Virus record (IMG/VR): IMGVR_UViG_3300045988_103014
Location: 141,780-194,171 of that record
Length of the DNA stretch: 52,392 bases
Strand: one strand, 5' to 3'
From: a virus
The position numbers were made by a program, and so were the translations under genes. The first letter of the stretch is position 1, and each line of letters begins with the position of its first letter. The notes below the pieces were generated by a model. It was given only the letters and a program-made list of their open reading frames with translations. It searched no databases and had not been told where the DNA came from. Positions 37,100 through 43,521 of this stretch are shown here, piece after piece.

Positions 37100-37474
37100 A
37101 TGATTTACACCGCATTATTTATTAACGAAGAAGATAGAAGAACATCAAGACTTGATAAGACAATCGAGTTTCAGCACATCACACATCAGTTCAGACCAAA
37201 GACAGTAGATGAACGCTTATTCGGTCAGCAAGCAACTCTCAAGGTTGTTGGCTATGGTATCAACGAAGAGAATGAGGGCTACCTTGTAGAAATCGTTGAG
37301 GCTTCCGAGGAATTGAGAGAGGCTTTTGCAAGTGTTGAAGTACCTCACATCACAATCGGCATTTCCAACAGTGGCAAGGCTGTCAATACAAGATACCTTG
37401 AGTTTGAGGAAATTGAGCCTTTTGAAATCGTGGCAACTTACGGAGGTTTCTGCGGCGACCACGTAAAATTCTAA
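37100..37474 (+). CDS. 2H phosphoesterase superfamily protein (LigT / cyclic phosphodiesterase / Acb1-like), compact 124 aa
   Basis: Two H-x-T-x motifs (FQHITHQF near residue 26; VPHITIGIS near residue 82). N-terminal MIYTALFI resembles the LigT beta1 strand (RLFIAI). A VVGYGINEENEGYLVEIVEASEELREAF stretch separates the two motifs as in 2H enzymes. Confidence 0.5.
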   Translation: MIYTALFINEEDRRTSRLDKTIEFQHITHQFRPKTVDERLFGQQATLKVVGYGINEENEGYLVEIVEASEELREAFASVEVPHITIGISNSGKAVNTRYLEFEEIEPFEIVATYGGFCGDHVKF

Positions 37475-37493
37475 AAAAAGTTTCAAAAAGGGG

Positions 37494-37522
37494 TTGACAA
37501 ATGCCCCTTTTGGAGCTATAAT
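37494..37522 (+). promoter_or_regulatory. hairpin-embedded promoter for 37557 gene
   Basis: AAAAGGGGTTGACAAATGCCCCTTTT; 17-nt spacer; TATAAT. Confidence 0.55.
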
Positions 37523-37556
37523 AATTATAGAAAGAAACGAAAGAGAGGTAATTACA

Positions 37557-37736
37557 ATGAACGAAATGAGAGAGAACTTACTTGATAGAATGATTAGAAT
37601 TTACGGATTTGAACACGAGGTAGTAATCGAGTTCGCAAGAATGTGCGAGAGCGACGCATACACCGACAAAGACCTTGAGGTGCTTGTGAAGTGCCACGAG
37701 GAAAACCCAGTTGGGTTTGATGAGGACGAGGAGTAA
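37557..37736 (+). CDS. small acidic protein (59 aa)
   Basis: MNEMRENLLDRMIRIYGFEHEVVIEFARMCESDAYTDKDLEVLVKCHEENPVGFDEDEE; own promoter at 37494-37522. Confidence 0.45.
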   Translation: MNEMRENLLDRMIRIYGFEHEVVIEFARMCESDAYTDKDLEVLVKCHEENPVGFDEDEE

Positions 37737-37815
37737 TCCTTGTCCTTTTCATTTGGCGGCGCGCTTTCGGCCCTGGCGCGCCGAATTTATATTATACCAT
37801 ACCACCCGGGATTTT

Positions 37816-37910
37816 GTCAAGAGAAAATTTGCACAAATTTTTGGCGTTCAATTTCCCGAAATTTGTGCACATTTACCTATTGACAAATGGCTCAAGCTTT
37901 GCTATACTAT
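37816..37910 (+). promoter_or_regulatory. operator-promoter module 2 (drives a ~110-nt non-coding leader)
   Basis: GTCAAGAG ... TGCACAAAT (37830) - 22 nt incl. TTTCCCGAA - ATTTGTGCA (37861) ... CCTATTGACA (-35 37880) - 17 - TATACT. Confidence 0.55.
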
Positions 37911-37916
37911 AATTAC

Positions 37917-38030
37917 AGAAAGGGGAAGTGAGGCTTGACCGTTAAGCGTGTGCAGTTGGTATTTGACTTGACAAAGTCGGGTGCTGATTAGCGAGGGTTC
38001 AACGGAACCTCGAACCCTTTGAAAAAAAAT
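37917..38030 (+). ncRNA. candidate non-coding transcript from operator-promoter module 2
   Basis: No ORF or RBS for ~110 nt; ends in hairpin AGGGTTC...GAACCCT followed by an A-run and the next promoter. Confidence 0.25.
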
Positions 38031-38040
38031 AAAAAAAGTG

Positions 38041-38069
38041 TTGACAAAGGTTGTCAGCTATGCTATAAT
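38041..38069 (+). promoter_or_regulatory. promoter for 38100 gene
   Basis: TTGACA-17-TATAAT preceded by an A-tract. Confidence 0.55.
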
Positions 38070-38099
38070 TAAATCATCAAAGAGAGAGAGGTACACAAA

Positions 38100-38552
38100 A
38101 TGTATAGAATTGATAGAATGAGAAGAGATTACGAAAAGTTTACAGGTGCAGAGGGATACGCAATCGGTTTCCACATTGGCGAAGATGTTTACTGTGCAAT
38201 GCTTGACAGAATACCAAGAAGATTTACAAGAGTACAGAAAGAATGTTCTTCTTGTGGTGGTGGCTACGGACTTTACATCAATGTAAAGAATAAGAAAGCA
38301 AAAGCCGAACTGATGAAGAAAGCCGTTAAGGTTGGAACACTTGCAGACCTTGAGGGAGATTATAACAGAGGTGTAATGTTTGAAAAACTCGTTTACGAAA
38401 TGAATGGACAGACATTCAGAGGTAAAGACTCCGTAAGATTTACAGAGGGTGGCGACATTGTAATTGACGGAAAGGAAATTCAAGTCAAGTATGAACACGC
38501 AAGAATTTGTTATGATAGCACATTAAAAAAATTGAAAAAAGGGGTTGCATAA
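38100..38552 (+). CDS. hypothetical protein with CSSCGGG motif (150 aa)
   Basis: Own promoter at 38041-38069; RBS GAGAGAGAGG. Confidence 0.45.
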   Translation: MYRIDRMRRDYEKFTGAEGYAIGFHIGEDVYCAMLDRIPRRFTRVQKECSSCGGGYGLYINVKNKKAKAELMKKAVKVGTLADLEGDYNRGVMFEKLVYEMNGQTFRGKDSVRFTEGGDIVIDGKEIQVKYEHARICYDSTLKKLKKGVA

Positions 38553-38573
38553 TTGCTCCCCTTGTGCTATAAT
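38545..38573 (+). promoter_or_regulatory. hairpin-embedded promoter for 38605 gene
   Basis: GGGGTTGCATAATTGCTCCCC; TGcTATAAT. Confidence 0.5.
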
Positions 38574-38604
38574 AAGTATAGAAAATGAGAGAGAGGTAAT
38601 GATA

Positions 38605-38772
38605 ATGGCATTTGTAGAAATTTCCAAAAGAACAAAGAAAGAGCAGAAAGCCTACTACGCAAGTATGCGAAATGTGAACGGGTTCAACACCGGCACACGC
38701 ACAATGAAAACACCAAAAAATCCTACTCGTGCAATGCAGAAAGATGCTTGGCGAAAAGGTAAAGAAATTTAG
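38605..38772 (+). CDS. small basic protein (55 aa)
   Basis: MAFVEISKRTKKEQKAYYASMRNVNGFNTGTRTMKTPKNPTRAMQKDAWRKGKEI; ATG 8 nt after GAGAGG. Confidence 0.4.
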   Translation: MAFVEISKRTKKEQKAYYASMRNVNGFNTGTRTMKTPKNPTRAMQKDAWRKGKEI

Positions 38773-38781
38773 AAAAAAGTG

Positions 38782-38810
38782 TTGACAAACACCTCAAGCT
38801 GTGGTATTAT
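38782..38810 (+). promoter_or_regulatory. promoter for HAD phosphatase gene
   Basis: TTGACA-17-TGgTATTAT. Confidence 0.55.
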
Positions 38811-38837
38811 AATTATAGAAAGAGAGGTAAACAGATT

Positions 38838-39269
38838 ATGATGAAAGCAATTAACTTTGACATGGACGGAACATTAGCAAACTTCTACGGAGTAGAAAAT
38901 TGGTTGGAATACTTAATGGCAGAAGATGTAACACCTTACGAGGTAGCAAGACCACTCCTCAATCTTCAGGCACTTGCAAGAGTTCTCAACAGATTGCAGA
39001 GAGAGGGTTGGGAAATCAACATCATTTCTTGGTTAAGTAGAAACGGAAGTGATGACTACAACGCAAGAGTGACAGAAACCAAAAAGGCTTGGTTAGAAAA
39101 ACACCTTGCAAGTGTTCACTTCGACAACATCACAATAGTAAAGTACGGAACACCTAAACACACTTTAGGAAACGGAATACTTTTTGATGATGAAGAGCCA
39201 AACAGAAACGCTTGGGGCGTTGGTGCTTACGATGTGCAGAACATCATCGAAATTCTGAAAAATCTCTAA
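38838..39269 (+). CDS. HAD-family polynucleotide 3'-phosphatase (T4 Pnk phosphatase-domain homologue)
   Basis: INFDMDGTLA (HAD motif I DxDGT), ISWLSRNGS, and ILFDDEEPNRNAW (motif IV DD) are collinear with the T4 Pnk phosphatase domain (VIFDVDGTLA ... VVSGR ... LAIDDRTQVVEMW). Confidence 0.7.
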   Translation: MMKAINFDMDGTLANFYGVENWLEYLMAEDVTPYEVARPLLNLQALARVLNRLQREGWEINIISWLSRNGSDDYNARVTETKKAWLEKHLASVHFDNITIVKYGTPKHTLGNGILFDDEEPNRNAWGVGAYDVQNIIEILKNL

Positions 39270-39276
39270 AAAGGGG

Positions 39277-39305
39277 TTGACAAAACCCCTTGCAAGGGGT
39301 ATAAT
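39277..39305 (+). promoter_or_regulatory. hairpin-embedded promoter for 39326 gene
   Basis: GGGGTTGACAAAACCCC, then an alternative hairpin CCCCTTGCAAGGGG overlapping the spacer; TATAAT. Confidence 0.5.
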
Positions 39306-39325
39306 TAAACCATGAAAGAGAGGTA

Positions 39326-39517
39326 ATGAAAATGAAAACAGTTATTATTGAATACGCAACAATTAGTCCAGCAGTTCTTGCTAACAAGGTAGAGAAGGCT
39401 TTCTCTTGCTTGTGTAACTGGAAGGACATTGATGAGGACTACTTTGAGTTTACAGTCATTGGTGTTTGTGCTTGTGACATGGATGAACTTGAGGATGTGC
39501 TTGCAGAGTATGTGTAA
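39326..39517 (+). CDS. hypothetical small acidic protein (63 aa)
   Basis: Own promoter at 39277-39305; Cys-containing. Confidence 0.4.
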   Translation: MKMKTVIIEYATISPAVLANKVEKAFSCLCNWKDIDEDYFEFTVIGVCACDMDELEDVLAEYV

Positions 39518-39607
39518 ACTCTGCAAGCATTTTTTTGCCCAAGTTTGGGCGCCGCGCGCACGAACGATGCGCGCGGAATTTTCATTATACCATACCCCAC
39601 AGCTTTT

Positions 39608-39700
39608 GTCAAGAGAAAAGTTGCACAAATTTTCAATCGGTGCTATTCCCGAAATTTGTGCATTTTGCCAGTAGACAAAGCTCTGTTGGAGTGTTATAAT
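39608..39700 (+). promoter_or_regulatory. operator-promoter module 3
   Basis: GTCAAGAG ... TGCACAAAT (39622) - 22 nt incl. TTCCCGAA - ATTTGTGCA (39653), then TAGACA-17-TATAAT. Confidence 0.55.
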
Positions 39701-39731
39701 GATTATAGTAAATGAGAGAGAGGTAATGAGT

Positions 39732-39845
39732 ATGACAGTATTTTATTTATTCGATGAGTATGGAGTTTGTTGTGGCACTACTACTGACGAGGACTATGCG
39801 TCAGCGTGGGCAGATGCGAACGAGGGCTATTATTGTTGCGATTAG
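39732..39845 (+). CDS. tiny acidic Cys-rich peptide (37 aa)
   Basis: MTVFYLFDEYGVCCGTTTDEDYASAWADANEGYYCCD; ATG 8 nt after GAGAGG; operator-type promoter upstream. Confidence 0.3.
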   Translation: MTVFYLFDEYGVCCGTTTDEDYASAWADANEGYYCCD

Positions 39846-39848
39846 CCC

Positions 39849-39878
39849 TTGACATCATTCCAAAAGTGTGCTATACTA
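39849..39878 (+). promoter_or_regulatory. promoter for acidic-protein gene 39903
   Basis: TTGACA-18-TATACT. Confidence 0.5.
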
Positions 39879-39902
39879 ATAATAGAAAGAGAGGTAATTG
39901 CT

Positions 39903-40139
39903 ATGGTAGAAGTTTGGGCAATCAATAAGGTAACTGAAGAGGAACTATTCCTTGGATACTGCGACACTGAAGAGGACGCACAAGAGGACATTGACAACAA
40001 CATTGAGTGGGATGACCTCGACAATCCAGACGATTGGAGATTTGAAATCCGTCCAGCAGAGGACTATGAAGAGCCTTGCGACATTGATGATGATTGCGGC
40101 TTTGACCCTTACTGCGGTTGCTACACCTACGATTGTTAG
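39903..40139 (+). CDS. very acidic small protein (78 aa) - DNA-mimic / anti-restriction candidate
   Basis: MVEVWAINKVTEEELFLGYCDTEEDAQEDIDNNIEWDDLDNPDDWRFEIRPAEDYEEPCDIDDDCGFDPYCGCYTYDC; roughly 35% D/E; own promoter at 39849-39878. Confidence 0.45.
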   Translation: MVEVWAINKVTEEELFLGYCDTEEDAQEDIDNNIEWDDLDNPDDWRFEIRPAEDYEEPCDIDDDCGFDPYCGCYTYDC

Positions 40140-40168
40140 GTGTAGCTGAAAAAAATTTCAAAAAGGGG

Positions 40169-40198
40169 TTGACAAGTTCCCCACAGTGTGCTATACTT
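40169..40198 (+). promoter_or_regulatory. hairpin-embedded promoter for NDT-like gene
   Basis: GGGGTTGACAAGTTCCCC; TATACT. Confidence 0.5.
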
Positions 40199-40227
40199 AA
40201 TGTATCAAATGAAGAGAGGTAATGTGT

Positions 40228-40629
40228 ATGAAGATTTATTTGGCAAGTCCATTTTTTAATCAGTTAGAAAGAGCAAATGTTGTAAAGGTCGCAGAGAGAT
40301 TGCGTGCCGAGGGTCACGAGGTCTATGTTCCAATGGAACACGAGATTGAAAATGCGTGGGATTTACCTAACAATGAATGGTCACGCAGAGTATTCAAAGA
40401 CGATGTTGACGCAATTCGCAAGGCTGACAAGGTTGTTGCAATCACTTATGGAATGACTGATGACGCAGGAACTTCGTGGGAGATTGGCTTTGCTTACGGC
40501 ATTGACAAAACTGTTGAGGTTATTTCTGTAAATCAGACAACTTATTCTTTAATGGTTTATCAGAGTTGTGCAGAGGTTTCAGACCTTGACGGAAACCCAT
40601 TAAGAAAAAAAGAAATTTTACAAAGTTAG
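40228..40629 (+). CDS. nucleoside 2-deoxyribosyltransferase-fold protein (NDT / Rcl-DNPH1-like)
   Basis: MKIYLASPFF (compare IYFGAGWF) and DDAGTSWEIGFAYGIDKTV (compare EDVGLGMELGYALSQGKYV) are the two signature segments of the Nuc_deoxyrib_tr fold. Confidence 0.6.
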   Translation: MKIYLASPFFNQLERANVVKVAERLRAEGHEVYVPMEHEIENAWDLPNNEWSRRVFKDDVDAIRKADKVVAITYGMTDDAGTSWEIGFAYGIDKTVEVISVNQTTYSLMVYQSCAEVSDLDGNPLRKKEILQS

Positions 40630-40632
40630 GGG

Positions 40633-40661
40633 TTGACAAAACCCCACTAATGGGGTATAAT
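40633..40661 (+). promoter_or_regulatory. hairpin-embedded promoter for 40693 gene
   Basis: GGGGTTGACAAAACCCC plus an alternative CCCCACTAATGGGG; TATAAT. Confidence 0.5.
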
Positions 40662-40692
40662 AATTATAGAAAATGAAAGAGAGGTATTTACT

Positions 40693-40893
40693 ATGAGAAT
40701 TGATGTTGAAATGACTTGCCCATTCTGTGGGGCTGAACACAGTGTTGAGGTTAATCTTGCTGGCTTTGAGGCTTGGCAGAATGGCGAACTCATTCAGAGA
40801 GCAATGCCAGACCTCTCGGCAACTGAAAGAGAGCAGTTAATCTCTCAAATCTGCCCGAAGTGTCAGGCAGAGGTCTTTGGCGAAGATGAATAA
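40693..40893 (+). CDS. zinc-ribbon protein (CPFCG...CPKCQ)
   Basis: 66 aa with two CxxC pairs. Confidence 0.45.
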   Translation: MRIDVEMTCPFCGAEHSVEVNLAGFEAWQNGELIQRAMPDLSATEREQLISQICPKCQAEVFGEDE

Positions 40894-40921
40894 TCTTCCC
40901 AAAGATTTTTCAAAAAAAGTC

Positions 40922-40950
40922 TTGACAACCGACTGAAAACGTTGTATAAT
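40922..40950 (+). promoter_or_regulatory. promoter for 40976 gene
   Basis: TTGACA-17-TATAAT. Confidence 0.5.
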
Positions 40951-40975
40951 GATTATAGAAAGTGAGGTAAGGATT

Positions 40976-41152
40976 ATGTTGATGTTTTTATTAGGTATGT
41001 TGATAATGTATTTAATTGTTGGAGTTATCCTTGTGATAGAGGGATTTTCTTCAGATTGGCTTCAGTGGTTGTTTGGTTGGTGGTTTGTATTGCCAATTAT
41101 GTTTTGCCACTGGGTTAAGAAAAAAATTAAGAATTTTTCAAAAAAGTGTTGA
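40976..41152 (+). CDS. small membrane protein (58 aa, 2 TM)
   Basis: MLMFLLGMLIMYLIVGVILVIEGF...WWFVLPIMFCHWVKKKIK; ATG after AGTGAGGTAAGG. Confidence 0.4.
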   Translation: MLMFLLGMLIMYLIVGVILVIEGFSSDWLQWLFGWWFVLPIMFCHWVKKKIKNFSKKC

Positions 41153-41177
41153 CAAACTCTTCGGAGTATGTTAATAT
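41149..41177 (+). promoter_or_regulatory. promoter driving non-coding region 41185-41290
   Basis: TTGACA-17-TAATAT; no RBS-bearing ORF downstream. Confidence 0.4.
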
Positions 41178-41184
41178 ATAATTG

Positions 41185-41292
41185 TCAAGAGGAAGTGTTT
41201 AAAACCACTTAAAACGTATCCGTAGGGCAACAAGTAGCGAAGAATGAGAATCAGTAGCGATAGTAAAAACCCTTTCGATTTTCTCAAAAACC
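41185..41292 (+). ncRNA. candidate short non-coding transcript / leader
   Basis: Downstream of the TTGACA-17-TAATAT promoter; only a 33-codon ORF without RBS. Confidence 0.2.
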
Positions 41293-41321
41293 TCTTGACA
41301 AGCCGAAAGGCAAGTGCTATA
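41293..41321 (+). promoter_or_regulatory. promoter driving candidate ncRNA 41328-41519
   Basis: TTGACA-17-TATAAT; the transcript ends at the GNRA-loop terminator. Confidence 0.45.
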
Positions 41322-41327
41322 ATAAGT

Positions 41328-41519
41328 ACATAAGGTTGAGGTAGTTAATGTGTGAGCCCAAGGGAGCAAGAACCGAAACGCTACCGACAAAGACAACCTA
41401 GCGCACGGGCACTCAGGTGTGCGCTATACAAGTGTGAACCAAAACCACAGTTCCGTTTGCAAGTTTGTGGACTAGCCTAGAGTGTAATGGAACAAGAGCC
41501 GAAAGGCTCTATTTTTTTT
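41328..41519 (+). ncRNA. candidate ~190-nt non-coding RNA
   Basis: Consensus promoter at 41293-41321, no RBS-bearing ORF, internal stem GCGCACGGGCACTCAGGTGTGCGC, and termination at the GNRA-loop hairpin + T8. Confidence 0.35.
41495..41519 (+). terminator. terminator ending a non-coding transcript
   Basis: AGAGCC-GAAA-GGCTCT (GNRA loop) followed by T8. Confidence 0.6.
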
Positions 41520-41564
41520 GTCCATTTGAGCCTGCCGCGCCCGATGGTTGCGGCCGGTATTTTT

Positions 41565-41648
41565 GTCAATAGGTAGTCTGCACAAATTTTGCCACCAAAC
41601 TTTGTGCATTTTGTACAGTTGACATTTTCCCGTATCTATGGTATTATA
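41565..41648 (+). promoter_or_regulatory. operator-promoter module 4 (drives DEDDh exonuclease 1)
   Basis: GTCAATAGG ... TGCACAAAT (41579) - 13 - TTTGTGCA (41601), then TTGACA (41619, confirmed by track) - TTTTCCCGTATCTATGG - TATTAT. Confidence 0.6.
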
Positions 41649-41679
41649 ATTATAACAAATGAGAGAGAGGTAATGAATT

Positions 41680-42342
41680 ATGAACAAGATTATGTATTGT
41701 ACTTTAGACACAGAAACAGTTGGTGGCGCAAGCAATCCAACAGGCACATACAATTATGGTGGAAAAATCCACGACAGAAACGGAAATGTTTTCGCAAGTT
41801 TTTCGCTTTTGGTTTCAAGTCACTATGAGGACATCAAGAACGATGACTATGCAAAAAAGAATTTTCCACTCTATGAGAGATACATCAACGAGGGAAAAGT
41901 CACAGTAGTTCCAACAGAGGAAATGGCACTTGACATTATCCGTCAGTTGTGCAGAGCCTACAATGTAAAGTATTTAATGGCTTACAATTCAGGCTTTGAC
42001 TTTGTAAAAACTAATTGCGCCGAGTTGCTTGACGAGTTCGAGTTCATTGACATTTACTTAATGGCATTACAGACAATTACTCACATCAAGAAGTATGCGA
42101 AGTTCTGCCGAGAGAATGGCTTTGTTTCAAGAAGTGGTAAGACTTGCGCAACTTCTGCCGAGAGTATGTTTGCATACCTCACAGACAATGCAGACTACAA
42201 AGAAGAACACACTGCCTTTGAAGATGCTTGCATTGAAATGGAAATCTTCCTTGCTTGCTTACGCACTCACAAGAAATTCACAAAGAATGTTCATCAGTGG
42301 GATTGCCGAGAGGGAAAAATTTTTCCAAAATGGGTTGACTAA
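41680..42342 (+). CDS. DEDDh 3'-5' exonuclease (DnaQ/oligoribonuclease-like), paralogue 1
   Basis: Exo I LDTETVG, Exo II YNSGFDF, Exo III HTAFEDACIEMEIF. Start is the second ATG, 10 nt after GAGAGG. Confidence 0.65.
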   Translation: MNKIMYCTLDTETVGGASNPTGTYNYGGKIHDRNGNVFASFSLLVSSHYEDIKNDDYAKKNFPLYERYINEGKVTVVPTEEMALDIIRQLCRAYNVKYLMAYNSGFDFVKTNCAELLDEFEFIDIYLMALQTITHIKKYAKFCRENGFVSRSGKTCATSAESMFAYLTDNADYKEEHTAFEDACIEMEIFLACLRTHKKFTKNVHQWDCREGKIFPKWVD

Positions 42343-42363
42343 TCGGTCAACCCATGGTATAAT
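42335..42363 (+). promoter_or_regulatory. promoter for 42388 gene (-35 inside hairpin GGGTTGAC..GTCAACCC)
   Basis: TTGACT-17-TGgTATAAT. Confidence 0.5.
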
Positions 42364-42387
42364 AATTATAGAAAGTGAGGGAAGCCA

Positions 42388-42624
42388 ATGCAAAAAGAAA
42401 TGAAAGAAGTTAAGTGTCCCAAGTGCGGAGCCGAGGACGTGGAGTTCATTGACCAAAACCACCACGAATTGATGTGGGAAAGTCATACGGGTTATGAGGA
42501 CGGAATTTACGATTGCCGACATTGTCGCATTCGGTTTGGTATTTGGACAGATTTTGAAATCAAAATCACAAATGTAAAAGTCGATTGGGTCGAAGAATAC
42601 GAAGAGGAAGAGGACGAGGAATAA
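42388..42624 (+). CDS. zinc-ribbon protein with acidic tail
   Basis: CPKCG...CRHCR plus an EEYEEEEDEE C-terminus. Confidence 0.45.
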   Translation: MQKEMKEVKCPKCGAEDVEFIDQNHHELMWESHTGYEDGIYDCRHCRIRFGIWTDFEIKITNVKVDWVEEYEEEEDEE

Positions 42625-42700
42625 AATTCTCGTCCTTTTTCAGCGCCGCGCCGGCGAACGTCCGGCGCGGTGTTTATTATACCACATCGGCTCAGCATTT

Positions 42701-42795
42701 GTCAAGAGGAAAATTGCACAAATTTTCAAATAATTTTTTTTCCCAATTTGTACAATCTGCCTATTGATTTTTATTAAAAAATTTGGTATTATAAT
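42701..42795 (+). promoter_or_regulatory. operator-promoter module 5 (degenerate right arm)
   Basis: GTCAAGAGG ... TGCACAAAT (42715) ... TTTTTCCCAATTTGTACA ... CCTATTGATT (-35) - 17 - TGgTATTAT. Confidence 0.45.
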
Positions 42796-42864
42796 AGTGT
42801 CAAAAGGAAAGGGAATAAAAAAACCGAGAGGAAAAAAAATTCCAAAAAAAAATGAAAAACCTAT

Positions 42865-42892
42865 TGACAAAATAAAAAAAATTTGTTATAAT
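42865..42892 (+). promoter_or_regulatory. middle promoter of triple stack upstream of wHTH A1
   Basis: TTGACA-16-TATAAT in A-tract DNA. Confidence 0.5.
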
Positions 42893-42961
42893 AATTATAC
42901 AAGGTAAGGAAAGAATTAAAAAGCAAAAGCCAATCGGCAATAAAAAAAATAAAAAAAGTGC

Positions 42962-42990
42962 TTGACATTCTTCAAAACCTATGTTATAAT
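42962..42990 (+). promoter_or_regulatory. proximal promoter of wHTH A1
   Basis: TTGACA-17-TATAAT. Confidence 0.55.
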
Positions 42991-43033
42991 AACAATGTAA
43001 ACAAAGTAAACCAACTCAAATCAAGAAAGGTAA

Positions 43034-43438
43034 ATGGTGGTAATTATGGAAAAGATGACTAATGTTAAGGCAATCGAGTATGTTCTTGCAAACGCAACTC
43101 TCCCTACTGATGTAAAGGAGAAGTTAGAGAAGATGAAGGCACAGTTTGTGAAGAAGAACTCTGCCGACAGAAAGCCTACTGCAAATCAGGTTGAGAACGC
43201 AGAGTTTAAGGTGGCAATCCTTGACTACCTTGCAACTGTTGAGTCTGCGACTATCTCCGACTTAATGAAGTCCGTTCCTGCTCTTGCAGAACTCTCAAAT
43301 CAGAGAGTATCGGCAATCGTTAGACAGTTAAAGGACTCTGGCGAGGTTGTTAGAGAGGAAATCAAGAGAAAGGCTTACTTCTCTCTTGCCGAGGACTCTG
43401 CCGACCTTGACGAGTCCGAGGACTCTGACGAGGAGTAA
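43034..43438 (+). CDS. winged-helix DNA-binding protein, paralogue A1 of a triplicated family
   Basis: TISDLMKSVPALAELSNQRVSAIVRQLKDSGEVVREEIKRKAYF reads as helix-turn-helix plus wing; acidic C-tail. About 70% identical to 44536..44928 and 48749..49132. The true start may be the ATG at 43046. Confidence 0.55.
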   Translation: MVVIMEKMTNVKAIEYVLANATLPTDVKEKLEKMKAQFVKKNSADRKPTANQVENAEFKVAILDYLATVESATISDLMKSVPALAELSNQRVSAIVRQLKDSGEVVREEIKRKAYFSLAEDSADLDESEDSDEE

Positions 43439-43467
43439 AAAAAATCGTCAAGGGGTGTAAAAACCCC

Positions 43468-43496
43468 TTGACAACTTCTCTAAATCGTGCTATACT
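43468..43496 (+). promoter_or_regulatory. promoter for paralogue B1 (its -35 follows a terminator-like hairpin)
   Basis: AAGGGGTGTAAAAACCCCTTGACA; TATACT. Confidence 0.5.
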
Positions 43497-43521
43497 ATAA
43501 TCAAGAAAGGGGGAAAGCCCA

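Noticed and set aside
37990-38020. tRNA-like T-arm (GGTTCAACGGAACC...TCGAACCC) and other short hairpins as tRNA genes
   Set aside because: No cloverleaf could be assembled. Loops have the wrong sizes (4-nt loop instead of the 7-nt T-loop). There is no acceptor stem or anticodon arm. No tRNA is called in the window.
41199-41753. Minus-strand ORFs 41199-41396 and 41472-41753 in the ncRNA-candidate region
   Set aside because: No RBS. They run against two consensus promoters and a terminator on the plus strand. Second overlaps the DEDDh gene start.
42852-42875. 7-codon and similar micro-ORFs between stacked promoters (e.g. ATGAAAAACCTATTGACAAAATAA)
   Set aside because: They overlap -35 elements, lack conserved leaders, and are not conserved between the three paralogous promoter stacks.
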